In this document: positions 38,580 to 51,860 of the stretch, one piece after another
Numbering within the stretch: the stretch's first letter is position 1
Layout of the letters: the number at the start of each line of letters is the position of its first letter
NCBI GenBank assembly: GCA_964016885.1
Contig: OZ024741.1
Span: forward strand, 208,382,001 to 208,446,000
DNA length: 64,000 nucleotides
Direction of reading: 5' to 3'
From: Eledone cirrhosa
Taxonomy: Eukaryota
The notes under the pieces: model-generated
Database searches by the model: none
The model's input: the letters and a program-made list of their open reading frames with translations, nothing else
What the model was told of the DNA's origin: nothing
Translations under genes and position numbers: made by a program

Positions 38580-41500
38580 TCATATAAAAAATGTCTGACA
38601 GAGTTTTTTGGGCCAGTGGACTCTTCGACCGGAACGGGTCGTGGTCTTGTATGTAGGTGAAGGTGGGGAAGAAGGAGCAGGTGTATGCACAATAGAGAAA
38701 GATTGGGGTATTTGTGGCTCAGGTGTATGAGCGTCAGTGTATGCCCTTTTTACTCTATCCACATAAATTGTCTCTCTGGATCCCTTAATGTCTACTGTGA
38801 AATGTTTGTCAGTGCGTGATAACACACGGTAGGGTCCAGAGTACGGCTGTGTGAGGGGTGGAGTAACGGCGTCGTTTCTGACGAAGCCATGCGTCCACGA
38901 GGCAATATCCCTCGGGACTGCAGTTTTAATAGTTTGTTTCCTAGTATTCATAGGCGGTAGGTCCTGAAAATAGGAGCGTAAGCGAGATACATAGGAAAGA
39001 GGATCCTGAAAAGCAAGATCAACAGGGGCCATCATTTTCCCAGGCAACGCTAGAGGAGCACCATACAATATTTCGGCAGGGGAGAACCCAAGATCCTGCT
39101 TTATTGGTGACCGAATTCCTAATAACAATAGGAAGGTACTCGCTCCAACGTAGAGAGTCTGGGTAGGCACGAAGAGCGGCCTTAATTGGCGGTGAAAACG
39201 TTCCACCATTCCGTTCGAAGCAGGTCTGGATTCGTTGAGCACCAATGATTGTTGTCAGCTCTGAGAAGAGATGAGATTCAAATTGTCTACCACGGTCTGT
39301 GGTAATTGTGGTAGGCACGGGAAATCCACCCTGACACCAGGGCACGCGCTATAGCCTCAGTGGTAATGTCCGTCAAAGTGATGACTTCAGGCCATCGCAA
39401 AAAACGATCAATGTAGGTCAAAAGGTAAGAATATCCACTACTGAATGGCCAAGGTCCAACGATATCGATGTGGATGTGTTGAAAACGAGCATCTGGAGTA
39501 CTGAAAGTACCAAGTGGAGTCCGGTTGTGTCTGTGGACTTTTGACTTTTGACACAGTGTGCAGGAACGGCACCAAGCAGTAATTTCCCGGCTCATATTTG
39601 GCCAGAAAAATCTAGCCGTTATGAGCTTTACTGTGGCTGAAATTCCTGGGTGAGAAATGCTGTGCAAAGCAAGGAACACAATTCGACGGTGAGTCTTGGG
39701 AACATAAGGTCGTGGTGAATCCGTCGATACGTCGCAGAGGATCTGCCTGTCGGTGGTCGACAAGGACAGATATTTCAAGTTGCAAGTCGCAAACTCGGAT
39801 GATGAAGTATCCAACGATTCGAGTGCAGGTTGGTCTGCTGCTAAACGACTTAAATCGATCTCCTGGGATGACGAAATCGAGCTGATTGGTAAATGTGACA
39901 AGGCGTCTGCAGCTGTGTTTAGTGAGCCAGCAATGTGCTGTATATCGTTTGTAAACTGCGAAATGTAATCAAGGTGCCTTGTCTCTCTGGGTTAATATTT
40001 GTCGGCTTCAGCCCTCAAAGCGAAGGTCAGAGGTTTGTGGTCAGTGAAAACCGTAAAAGTTCTTCCCTCAAGAATATGAGAAAAATGTTTCAACGACAGA
40101 TATATGGCTAATAACTCCCGACCAAACGTGCTGTAACGAGTTTCTGCTGATTTCAGCTTCCTGGAGAAAAATGCCAAAGGTTGTTGGTTTCCAGCATTAC
40201 ACTGCTCCCACAGCGGTATCAGATGCATCAACACAAAGCGAAAGTACGGGGTGGGCTAGTAAAGATGTATTAGCAAGTGCTGTCTTGGCAGTCTGGAAAT
40301 CTTCGAGTTGTCCTTGTGTCAAGGAAATATCCTCATTCTTCTTTCGATGATTTTTCAAAATCTCGGTTAGGGAAGATAGTAATTTTGCACATTGAGGAAC
40401 GAAACGTCTATACAAATTGATTAGGCCTAAGAAGTGACGAAACTGGTGAAGTGTAGTAGGCGGAGTGTAGTATAGCTTTAACTCGCTGAGGAAGGGACCG
40501 GATACACTCTGCGTCGATGAGGTGGCCTAAAATATTCAGTGAAGTGGATCCGAAAACACACTTTGCGGGATTCACTCGAACGCTGTAATCCTTGAGTCGG
40601 CAAAATAAAAGGTTCAGGTGACGCATATGCTCTTCTAGAGAGGAACTAGCGACAAGAAGATCATCTATATATGCATAAACGAAGTTCAGACCACAAGTGA
40701 CCTCATCTATGAACTGCTGAAAAGTGCTAGCGGCATTCCTGAGTTCGAAAGGCATGGTTAAAAATTTGAAGGATCCGAAAGGAGTCGTAATAGCTGTTTT
40801 CGGAATGTCTTCCTTCCTGACCGGAATTTGGTGGTAAGCTCGCACTAAATCGAGTTTGGAGAAAATCTTACAACCCTGCGACGAAGATGCAAAATCATGG
40901 AGATGGGGAATCGGATATTTATCCGGGACGGTCATAGCGTTTAACCTCCTATAATCCCCAGTGGGTCTCCAGTCGCCAGAAGTCTTGGGCACCATATATA
41001 ACGGTGAAGCCCAAGGACTCGTAGATGGGCGAATAATGCCCAGCTGCAGCATATGGTCGAACTCGGAACGTGCTGCCTTTAATTTGTCCGCCGGTTAACG
41101 GCGTGGACGTGAAACGCTGGAGCACCGGTGGTGGAAATAAAATGTTCGGTTGAGTGAGTTAGCTCAGTAACTCGAAAATTTCCATCGGAAAGAACCTAAT
41201 AACGAATGGTAGGCGTCTCCAGCGGCAGCGATGAAAAATCTTGGGCTGACAGTTGGAGCATTGGCTTTTCGGTCACGAATTGAAAAACCGGTGATGTCAT
41301 CCACCAGACATTGGCCACGGACGTCCACAGTCAAAAAGAGAAATTGTGGAGGAAATCCGCTCCTAAGATAGGGTATTGCAAGTCAGCGACCGTAAAAATC
41401 CATTTAAAATCCCTACGAAGATTTAGGAATTTAAGAGGAAGCGAGATTTGTCCGTACATCTTTATAAGCGAGTGGTTAACGGCCTGCAGAGTAACGGATG

Positions 41501-41878
41501 ACTCCTCGGGGGTATCTTTTAGGCAATGGACCGGCCAAACACTAGAGGAGTCTCCTGTATCCACGAGGAAGCCTCTCCTAGACATAAGGTCATTGATGAA
41601 GAAATGGCGGTTTGGTGGCTTTATTCTGAGGTTAGCTGCCGCCGTCAGCGAACCTCTCTGGCATTTACCGACTTCAGAAACGAACAAGGTTGCACACAAT
41701 GGTTCGCGTTCTCGGCAAAACGCTCATGGTACCAGCATAAAGATGAAGCTGGTGACCTGGGGCGGTGTCTAAAAGAGTAAGTTCTACCGCGGCTGAGCGA
41801 GCGCGAACGAGCACTACTAGAGGCCTTCAGCTTCTGTAGCTCCAGGGTGAGTTCCTGAAAGGCTTTCTGCATAGCCAT
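38580..41878 (-). pseudogene. Gypsy gag remnant + pol (protease, RT, RNase H, integrase), frameshifted
   Basis: Gag LCWYHERF..C; protease FLVDTG..ILGADFL; [17 protein letters not shown]; RNase H DAS..ELLAI..FTDHKPL; integrase HSISHPG..CTLC, HIDIVG, TDRGRQF, NGMVERFHR. Confidence 0.92.
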
Positions 41879-42523
41879 TATAGCTGCGTTGTGAGTATGA
41901 TTAGCCGCGCAGGTGGCATGGCCAGGTGTGGTTGAGCTGGGTGGGGAACAGCGGCAAGGGCCTTAGAAATATGAGATGGCATTGGTACAATATCAGCAAG
42001 CGGCCAAAATGTGTCTCCGTATAGAGAAAAAAAATATATATATATTTCGGACCCACGGGAAAAAAGAAAATAAATTCACTTGTTTTTCTATGTCAAACAA
42101 CCGGACAGGAAAAAGAATGTATCCGAGATAATATGTAAGCGAGCGACTAATCGAGCAATAGCATTAATTGGCAGCAAACCTAAAACGAAAACCAATATGG
42201 CGGACAGTTTCGCGCAAAAATAAACTTTTTATGAAGAAGAAAGCCGCCATCTTGACATCTTCAAAATTATAGCATGGAAAGGAGAAAGAAAATAAATTTA
42301 TGCAATTGTTCTTTTTGCTAGGAAGCTAGCAGCATTTTTTTTTTTTTGTTTAAATAATTTGAGAGCTTCGTACAACACAGATGAGGAGCTTGGTAATTAA
42401 ATGTTACAGAGAAAGTTGTTGATATTAGTAAATACAGCCATATCAGAATAAAAACGTGTTGTTCTGTATTAAATGTTGTTGTTTTTATATATACATATAA
42501 CACCACTTCCTATTATTTTTTGG

Positions 42524-42533
42524 GGGGTCACCA
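42524..42533 (-). promoter_or_regulatory. Primer binding site (TGGTGACCCC, tRNA-Trp-like)
   Basis: Immediately internal to the 5' LTR; complementary to a tRNA 3' end GGGGUCACCA. Confidence 0.75.
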
Positions 42534-42534
42534 C

Positions 42535-43007
42535 TTTAGAAGTATGGTATTATACATATTTGTATTACTGTTTTAGAAATAACATGAAAGGCTGATTTAC
42601 TTTGTTTGTAGATAGGTTTACTTCGTGGAAGTCAAAAGAGAACAAAATATAAATTACCGGAGATACAGAGTTTGTTGATGTTTCAGGTCACTGAATGGAT
42701 TGAGACCAAAGTTTGTGCTGGAGTTTGTTCTTGGAGAGAGAAGGCTCTTAACGTGTTCACTGGAGTAATTTGGTATTTGCCTCCACACGTGTCGTTGGAG
42801 AAATCAGCTCCGATCTCCAGGGCTGCTACATCGATAATCAGAATGAAGGAGCGAAAAGAGAGAGAAGAATGCCCTGGCGGTCTCAATATATAGTCCCAAT
42901 GGGGACGTAACTCCGATTACTTCTTGTAGGTGACACTAGGGCTCACTACCGTCCCCATGGGACGTAAGTTTTATAAGTTGTGGGTTCCACCGTTATGGGT
43001 CTCTACA
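42535..43007 (-). repeat. 5' LTR of the Gypsy element (with a ~57-bp outer extension)
   Basis: 42535-42948 matches the other LTR; the extra segment ends in ctctaca, giving a TG start on the minus strand. Confidence 0.85.
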
Positions 43008-43613
43008 CATACATACATGTATACATACATACATGCATACATACATACATACATACATACATACATACATACATAAATACATACATACATACATACATAC
43101 ATACATACATACATACATACATACATACGCCGCTATCAATACCATTCCTTCCAAACCACTAGATCCGAGTGAATACGAACACCAGCACCAACGCCACACC
43201 TTATCTCACTAAACCATGTGTGGAATGGAACTTAATGAGGAAATCAATAGTTATAAATCTTATGGAGAGACTAAGTCTCCTTACTAATGTTTCTAAAAGA
43301 GATCTGTCTTAAATTATCTTTAAATGTCTATGTTACGTATCAATGGATCTGAAATATGTCTTAGTGATGTATCTCTCGAGTTTGTCTCAAATGTCGTTAA
43401 TCATATACATATATACATGCATACATACATAAACACATACATAAATACATACATACACAGAGACTCACACACACATATAATATACATGTAAATATAATGT
43501 TATGTATGTATATGTAAATACATAAATATATATACATAAATATCTGTACATATATATGTGTGTGAAAATATATAAATATATATATATACCACACACATAT
43601 ACATACAGACGCA

Positions 43614-43645
<32 letters not shown>

Positions 43646-44229
43646 AATATACCGTTTTTAATGGCCTAACACTGATTAGTTTACAAATACTCAACAAACG
43701 AGCGCATAGTATCACCACACACACATGCATGCATACATATATAGACACAAACATATATATACACATGTCTGTATTTGTGTTGGGGGATTTAGTCAATGAA
43801 AGTAATACCTTTTCAATGATGTTAGAGTTGCGACTGGGGAGACATTCGATGGTAGCAAGAATTCTGGTAAAAATCCAATGAAAATAATACGTAGATACAG
43901 ATATATTTCTCAGGTAATGGGAGACTCATATTTTATGACGATACAGTGTTCACCGAGAAAGAAGGCAGCAACAACAATAACAACTAAAATTCTTTATAAC
44001 ATCGGCACAAGGCCAGCAAGTTTTGTTGGGCGGAAATTCGATTAAATTGATTCACGTACTTGACTAAATGCAATGCAAATCCCGCTGAAGTCAACTTTAA
44101 GTAATTATAAAGTATTGGGTTCACTTTTCTAGTGGTCAGGGGCCTGTTTAATTTATGGTACGATTGTTTCATAAAACCTACAGTTTGACAAATGTGTTCG
44201 AACACGGAAGAACCGAACTCCCACAGTCA

Positions 44230-44645
44230 TCACCTCCATCTCTCTCGCCGTCCCCATATTTCTGTATTATGAGAAAATGGGGCCCCACATGCTGGCCTCC
44301 CCACAGCCACGGTGGACAGAATGGAGAAGGCGTTTCCCAGGAGGATGGTAAAGGAAATGAGCTGGAAGAGCCATTACATCTCGCGAGGCTCACACCGGCG
44401 GCTGGTCAGCTCAGTAGAGAGGTAGACCTAGGGCCAAGGACATCAGAAGTCGCCACTACTAGGGACACGACCGCAAACCATCGGAGAGCGACTGATACTT
44501 GGAGAGTTTGCTCCCCTCAGCCCGAAGTGCAGCAGAACCTGGGTTAGTCGCAGACTGCACCAGGTTGCGGCTGGAGAAAGTGTCGCTGCAAGTGGCATGC
44601 CAGACGAGGGGTTTGCCACTGCAGAACGGGAAGATGGTCATACTA
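44230..44645 (-). pseudogene. CRE-like non-LTR retrotransposon, restriction-like endonuclease fragment
   Basis: MTIFPFCSGKPLVWHATCSDT..AALRAEGSKLSKYQSL resembles the GKxLVWDxTCxDT..AE..K..KY motif of CRE-clade elements. Confidence 0.7.
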
Positions 44646-44784
44646 TATTTGAAATCGTTGATGATATTCAACTGGTCTGTTCCGGAGGAATTTCAGCGAT
44701 GGGTAACTTCTTGCAGTACTATTAGATGAGAGGGGCTATTGTTGGTTTATGAGAAATGCTATAGGCACGGAAATACCATCAGGT

Positions 44785-44832
44785 GAGCCTGATAAGTGCA
44801 GGCCGACGAAACTGCTTTGCACACAGTCGTTC
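44785..44832 (+). ncRNA. Degenerate type I hammerhead candidate
   Basis: gagc-CTGATAA-gt..ac-GAAA-ctg(ctttgcaca)cag-TC-gttc; core G-to-A change and weak stem II. Confidence 0.45.
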
Positions 44833-45199
44833 TGTGTCGAAGGAAACCTTGCTTGGAACTTTATGTCGAACAGCTGTTGTTTCTTACATGTAGGACGGAT
44901 CTAATTATCGGCTGTGTCCATCTTAAAAATCGTTTTCCCGGCTTCTTTTTAGTTTTTCTCCACCCTCCCCCACCACCCCTCTCTCTCTCTCACGCACGCA
45001 CATACACACACATACACACACTCTCTCTCTCTTATATATCTCTCCCTACCGATCTTTCTCTCTCTCTCTGTCTATCTATCTATCTATCTTTCTATCTATC
45101 TATTTATCACTCTATCCAACACTACCACAATCACACACACAAACACACCATCATCACACAACATACCCCTCCCACACGCCCCTGATGACCATTCATCAC

Positions 45200-48040
45200 C
45201 TGACGAGGCTACTTCTCCATCCCCACGTGAATATGAAGGAGAGCCTCGGAAATCAACAAAACAAAAAAAGAGACACTGCAAAGACACAAAAACAACGATC
45301 ACCAACACGAACACAAAACCACCAACACAAACAACAACACAAACACCACCACAACCCCCCCCCCCCCCCGCCCACCAGCAAAACAAACACCACCCCAAAC
45401 ACAAATGCCCACCATAAAAAGAAAACTACAAAATGAACAACAAACCAAAACAAAACAAAAAAAAACAAATAACAATACACATACATTAACACCAACAACA
45501 AAGGAGGTCATCTCACAGGACCCCAAATGGAAACTGAGGGGAAAACTTTTTTCAAAGCAGACTCTCAACCACACCTAAATCTAATAAGGGTTTCGATAGA
45601 AACCTATCAGAAATTGAAAGAACAGTTTTCACAGGACGTTGGCAAACACTGCCAAAAACCAATAAACCGTGTCCTGTTGAAATGTTTCCCCACCGCACTC
45701 AACACTCCCACCAGAACTTAAATGGAGATTGAACAACCCGATCTCCAGGAAACGAAAAGGTAAGTGCACCTTTTCGTCCTTTTCGCCAAATCTTCTCCAC
45801 CAACATGGCTGACTTACGCGTTGGAAGCGTGAATGTGCGTGGCCTAGGGATGCCCTGGAGACAGGACCAACTTTTAAACGATCTTAGGTCACACGGTATA
45901 GATGTCCATCACCGAGTCCAGAATCCACAACAGCAACTAACCCCATCTTCAATGACTTTGAGATCTACGCATCTCTCTGTCAGTCGGGAGGTGGAGGGGG
46001 AGTGACTGTCATATTTCGGAAAAATCTGGATCTCGAAGTACAGCAAGTACCCTTGGACCCGGAGGGTAGACTGGTAGTCCTAGACGTGAAGAATATTGGA
46101 GGTGGAGCCTTCAGACTGGTGGTCGTTTATGCCCCGACCGGGAAATCACAATCGCGGCCAGACATCTTTAAGCGTCTAGCGTCTTTTCTGGGAACGTCTC
46201 GCTCCTTGCTTTTAATGGGGGACTGGAATGGTATCTTAGATGCACGATGGGACTATGTGGGATAATGCCCCAGTACAGTTTGGTGCAACAGCCTCAAAAA
46301 TGTAATTGGCCAATTCTAACTGGCCGATAGATATTGACTAGATTTCCCGACTGCACTCAGGAGTGGTAACGCAACTAGAATGCTAGTACCGAGAACGGCA
46401 CTGGACCTGTTCTTCGACGCGAAACACGAAGGCTGCGTGGTCAGAAGTAAATCACGTGCTCTAGGAAACGAGGGAGCAAAATCTGTTAGCTGGGCCCGAT
46501 TGGCGGAAGCAAAAAGTGGCAACAAGTCCACGATTCGGTCTTTAAAAGTCCAAAATGGACGCGTGCTACTTGACCCCAGGCAGATGTGCACGGCTTTTCA
46601 GAGGCACTTTGCGCGACTGTTTGAGCAGAACGACGGTGCACCGAACGAGGCAATGGACTTTGGTTGATACCTCAACGGCCTGCCGCGTCTCTCCAGGTGG
46701 AGAAAAATTTGAACGAGGTCATGGCCAAGGTATTTGCGCTCACCCAGATGTGGGCAGAGTGTAAACTGTCTTTGAAAGGTCGAGCGGAAGTCATCTACTA
46801 CCGCTTGATTGTCGTGCCTTGTCCCCGTGAATACTTCACCAAGATGGAACGCATGCTCTTCCAGTTCCTATGGAAGAAGCAGGGTCCACTGGTGAGGAGA
46901 TCCGTCTGCTGTCAACACCCTTCCAACGGTGGGCTGAGAATGCCGTGGCTAATGATGCGCAAACATGCGCTGAGGCTACGGCATCTCCAGGTATTCCTCA
47001 CCGACCAGTCGGTGTGGGCACCGTGTATGAGACAGGCCTTCCCACAACTTGTCTCGTTGACGGAGCTGCAGTCTTGTGCACATTGAATGCACCCATTTGC
47101 TCACAGTCCTCTGTCAAGAGGGCACGGCAATCAGTGGAGACTCCACTTCGACATTCTATAGAGAATTAGTACGCCACAAGGGCGACGACGTGCTCGGAGA
47201 GTCTCTAGGCGTCGAAGACGATGAACTCACCAATCTGTTTGGTAGGACTTTCCGCCCGGGACCCATGGACAACTTCCAGAGGTCCCTGGCCTGGCCTGGC
47301 AGTGCTATCGAGGAGCTCTACCAGTTTCTGATAAGATCTACAGGCACGGACGCCCCGCCAGGGATCTTTCCAAGAGGATGTGTCCAAGATGCGCGCAAGA
47401 CATTTAAACCGTCCTGCACGCAATTGTACATTCCACGGGCGTAACCGACCTGTGGAACTACGCGGTACAATGCTGTCGCGTATGGGACAAATCCAGTTGA
47501 CAGCCGAATCCATAGTAAGGATCAAACCGCCAGCCTCTTTCAAAAACGAAAGAGAGGCGGTTTTCCTCTGTACAGTGGCTATGGTGAAAGAAGTGATATG
47601 GTGGACGAGATTGAGAGGACTAAGGACAGATTCCTTTCTGTCCGGACAACAATTGATTCGCTTCTTTAAGTATCACTTTAGAAGAAGAATCAGAGCTGAG
47701 AGAGAGGCACTGCACCCCAGTAAATTTACTGAAAGGTGGGTGAATGAAGTGAAAATGGCCCGAGTGATTGGGCCTTCTCTGTTTATAAGCCTGTAGGTTA
47801 AAGAAGAGAGCAAAAGAAAGAAGGGAGCACTTGCACAACACGCTCCTGAAGTTGAGGGTTGTTCTATCGACGGGGTATTAAACAACCCATTTGTGGCGCC
47901 TCCCCCCTATTGGGGATTTTGATTGTTATAATTCTTTGTTGCAATATTTTTACCCGACTGTATGTAAAATCCCCGGCATATCTCTTTGTATTGTCCCTTA
48001 TGTTGCAAATAAATTTTGCTCTTGTGGCAAATAAAAAAAT
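45200..48040 (+). mobile_element. L1/Tx1-like LINE, internally deleted
   Basis: APE start MADLRVGSVNVRGLG, DPEGRLVVLD, VYAP, MGDWNGIL; post-RT LSLKGRA..FQFLWK..GGL; RT core missing; A-rich end at ~48030. Confidence 0.85.
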
Positions 48041-48085
48041 ATATCTAGCTAGCTATCTACCTATCTATCTATCTATCTATCTTTC

Positions 48086-48470
48086 TTGACTCTAGAGCCA
48101 CTACTGCGGAAGATGGAACTGTTCAAGGGCATTCCTCTAGAACCGGGACTGCGGAAAGCGGCATCGGCTTATGCCGACGACGTGACGGTAATGGTGTCGG
48201 AAGCCTCCGAAATCGGGGCGATCGGCAACTTACTGCAGGAATATGAAAGGCTCACAGGAGCAAAACTGAACCAGGACAAGTCTGTCGGTTTGCAACTCGG
48301 AACGTGGAGAGGCAAACCGATGCCGCCTGACAGCGACGTCGGACGCTGGACGGACGGACCGGTGAAATTGCTCGGGGTCTGGTTCGGTCCAGACGTCCAG
48401 GTGGAGAAAAACTGGAACGAGGTCACGACCAAGGTATTTGCGCTCACCCAGAAGTGAGAAGAGTGCAAAC
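48086..48470 (+). mobile_element. Tx1-like RT fragment
   Basis: LEPLLRK..AYADDVT..YERLTGAKLNQDKS..KLLGVWF. Confidence 0.85.
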
Positions 48471-49182
48471 TATATCTATCTATCTATTTATCGTATTTGT
48501 CAGAAAATTAGTTGCGTGACAGATAGATCTTAAAGGACTGAGAACAGATACTTTCTTCTTCGGCCAAGTCTTTATCATTTTCGTCAACTTCTACTTGGAG
48601 AGGGAGCTGGAGTGGAAAGAAATGTCCTGATTCAACGAAGATTGGGTTGTAGAATTGACGTATACTACATTTCTGATAAAGATGTCAATTAATTCCTCTC
48701 CAGGGTCTTTTTCTTTTTTACTTTGGCATCGTGGGATCAAAACTGTCTTTTCTTGTTTTTGTTTTCTAATGTTTTAAGTTCTGAGCGCCTTGGGTCAGCT
48801 GAATCGTTTGAGTTCGACAAACGCCATTATTCCGTCTCTTCGCCTTCTCAGTTAAAATGTCACCGAACCCGACTTTACCTTTCATTCTTCCAAAAACTAA
48901 AGACACAGCCTGTTACTCCAGATCGAAGTATTAAATAAATAGATAAATTTATTTATTAATACCAGTCATATACTGGAGTCAATCTTCGCGATCTCTGCTT
49001 CCTTCCTCACACGTCTGTCTTTTTTCCTTCGCCTCTTTTTTCCTCTCACAATCGCTTAAATTGCCCAAATCACCGCCCAATGGTTGAGCTCCAATGACTG
49101 GTGAAATAACAGCGGTTGAAATACACTGTATAAAACGAGCGGACAGAGGAAAGAAGTTTCAGAAAATATTTCTATCTACACT

Positions 49183-49225
49183 ATGTTATGAACAGTTTCA
49201 TCCCAAATCATCATCAGGTGACATA
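49183..49225 (-). ncRNA. Degenerate hammerhead candidate
   Basis: Minus strand tatgtcac-CTGATGA-tgatttgggat-GAAA-ctgt-TC-ataacata; stem I has two mismatches and stem II is decayed. Confidence 0.4.
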
Positions 49226-49934
49226 CTTCAGAATATGTACATGGTGTAAGAATGGATAAGCACATTAATTTTAGATGATGATAAAAACTTCTAGTTCACA
49301 CCCAGTCAGGGATCATCTATATACCTAGGAACATGACACGGGATGACAATCAGAGAATTTTCTGCATTAGAATATCAAAAATACATTACAAATGAGAGGT
49401 GTGGAACGTCTTAGCAGAAAACTAGTGTTAGTCAAAGACGAACACAATGATGCATACACAGAAATATACATATTCACATATATACAAGAAAAACAATATA
49501 TAAAACACATACACACTGACACACATATACACTGACACACACACCGATATACACATTGACACACACAGACATACACACATATACCGCTGAAAAACAAATA
49601 CATTGATACATACATACATATATCTTCTGAGTCTCGTAACTCTTGAAGAAGTCGTAGGGACGCCATATACAGCGTTTCTGGGCATGTTTAAACCTGGCCG
49701 AGCCCATCTCCTCTTCAGGTCTACAAACATATATACATACACTCATATACACGGTGGACATGTAAGATATCCCTTTTAACTCATGTCTTACTTGTAGCCG
49801 ACGTCTTGCAACAAGTCTATGCGGAAGATTAAAAGCACCAATCTCACTTGTCTTAGAGTATCTACGAAAACTATAGAGAAAGCCTCCTCCTGCAGATCAA
49901 ACTAATAGATACATGAATTAATTAATTAATTAAT

Positions 49935-50042
49935 ATAAAAATTGCAAATAATGTCCACATTTCTTTTGTGGACAACCAAATAATGTCCACATTTCTTTTG
50001 GTTGTCCACAAAAGAAATGTGGACATTATTTGCAATTTTTAT
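49935..50042. repeat. Local palindrome (~46-bp arms) with an internally duplicated spacer
   Basis: ataaaaattgcaaataatgtccacatttcttttgtggacaaccaaa followed, after a short spacer, by tttggttgtccacaaaagaaatgtggacattatttgcaatttttat. Confidence 0.85.
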
Positions 50043-50063
50043 AGTTTTTATAGTTTTTATAAT

Positions 50064-50207
50064 TTCCAGCATAGTTACGTCCCTTTACGATCTGAGTTCA
50101 AATCCCGTCGAGGTTAACTTTGCCTTTCATCCTTACGGGGTCGATAAAATAAAGTACCAGTAATGCACTGGATAATTGCTGGCCTTGTGCCTAAAGTAGA
50201 AACAATT
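50064..50207 (+). mobile_element. tRNA-SINE family 1, 5'-truncated
   Basis: Near-identical to the reverse complement of 12941-13082; flanked by attatttgcaattttt at ~50026 and ~50205. Confidence 0.9.
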
Positions 50208-51083
50208 ATTTGCAATTTTTATATTTTACTTATAATAAAACAAAAATAATATTCGTTTAAAATATATTTTATAACACCCCTAAAATATATTTTTCCTCAG
50301 TAAAGAACTAACATCCATGAAAGAATGTTACATCATCTATCAACACGTACACTTCAGTATTGTTTCGACCATTAACCATTAATTCATATCAATTGTCCGT
50401 GAGGTCTGAAAGGTTGGCAACCGCTGTACTAAATGATGCATAAAGCAAACAGGCACATACTGTCACATGCACACGCACAGACCAGTGGTCAATCTCACAT
50501 ACTTCTTCCCGGTGGTTATTTCTGTTGCTGTTTAATGCCACAACAAATCTGATGGAGTAAATCTACAATTAAAGACATTCCAGTCGTCACCACCTTGTCT
50601 AGAACTACGTTATCTTATACAGTGGTTCCCAAATTCATTTTGTCGTTCAAATTTATTTTAGTCGGACATTGAATGAAACAAAAACTTTTGTAATGTATAT
50701 ATAGTATACATAGAGTGACTGGGAGGAGAGTTCATGTCTCGCCTCCTTCTGCAAGAATTGCAACGATAGATACTATCAGCAATAGAAAGACCAATGGAAA
50801 TATTGTTTACTTGGTAAGATCTGACGAACGACTCTTTACATTTTTTTTGGGGGGGGGGGGGGGGTATTTCTAGCATGGCAAGAGACCACATGTAGTTTCA
50901 AAATGTCAGAATTGAATAAAGACTTTTATTGTTTCATTGTTATTCTGACAGATCTAATCAATGAATATATCATCCAACCGTCTTTTTCTCACCTCTCTCT
51001 TTCTCACCCCCCCCCCCTCTCTCTCTCTCTCGCTCTCTTTCTTTCGCACTTGCTCTCTCTCTTTCTATCTATCTCATCCCCCC

Positions 51084-51133
<50 letters not shown>

Positions 51134-51135
<2 letters not shown>

Positions 51136-51804
51136 ATAATAATAAATTTGAAGACTAAAATCCAAAGAGGGCTCGATAAGGATAAAAGTATATCAAATAA
51201 GAACCGTAGAGCAAATATTTATTAAAATAACAGATTGAAGTTTAAGCAAAGAATTGCTGTTTCACTCTTAACGGGATCTTCTGAAACTAAAAAAGTCAAT
51301 CTGTGAACGCAGAAGTAAATATTTCAAAAAACCTTGCAACCGAAGGAAAACAGGAAGACGATACTTTTGTTCGTGGAAACGTTCCCTGGCAAAGAACGGA
51401 AAAAACGAAGATAATACGTTATTATTTGGAGCGGTGAAAACAATTACACGCAAAGACAAAACCACGTTCATGGTATAAATGAAGTCGTAGACTAATATTT
51501 TATTAGGTGGTTCATGGAGGCGTTCTCTGGCAATGAACGGAAAAAACGAAGATAATACGTCATTATGTGGAGCGAGCGGGTAGAACAATTACACGCAATG
51601 ACAAAACCACGTAAGTGGTGTAACTGAAGTCGTAGACTAAAATTCTCTGTAGGAAACTGAATGATACTCGGCTCAGAGTAAAGTAAATAAAATACAGAGG
51701 TAATTGAAATTAAATATATACATACACACATCCATATACGTACAAACACAAGCATTCGCAAAACACTCGCCATGGGTAATACACATAAAAATATATATAA
51801 AAAA

Positions 51805-51860
<56 letters not shown>

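Larger units (their letters stand above)
38005..43007 (-). mobile_element. Ty3/Gypsy LTR retrotransposon, internally deleted and non-autonomous
   Basis: Paired LTRs at offset 4530, PBS, PPT, and PR-RT-RH-IN order on the minus strand. Possible CATA TSD at 38001-38004 and 43008-43011 (weak, inside a microsatellite). Confidence 0.93.

Noticed and set aside
45181-45215. CTGATGA and CTGACGA motifs as hammerheads
   Set aside because: No properly placed stem II-GAAA or stem I partner.
49655-49725. Minus-strand CTGAAGA..tgggc/gccca-GAAA-cgctg-TA as a hammerhead
   Set aside because: The core is suggestive, but stem I cannot be formed adjacent to the cleavage site; left uncalled.
50411-50632. hAT-like TIR sequences (aggttggcaaccgctg; cagtggttcccaa)
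   Set aside because: They face away from each other, and no partner TIRs, 8-bp TSDs or transposase were found.
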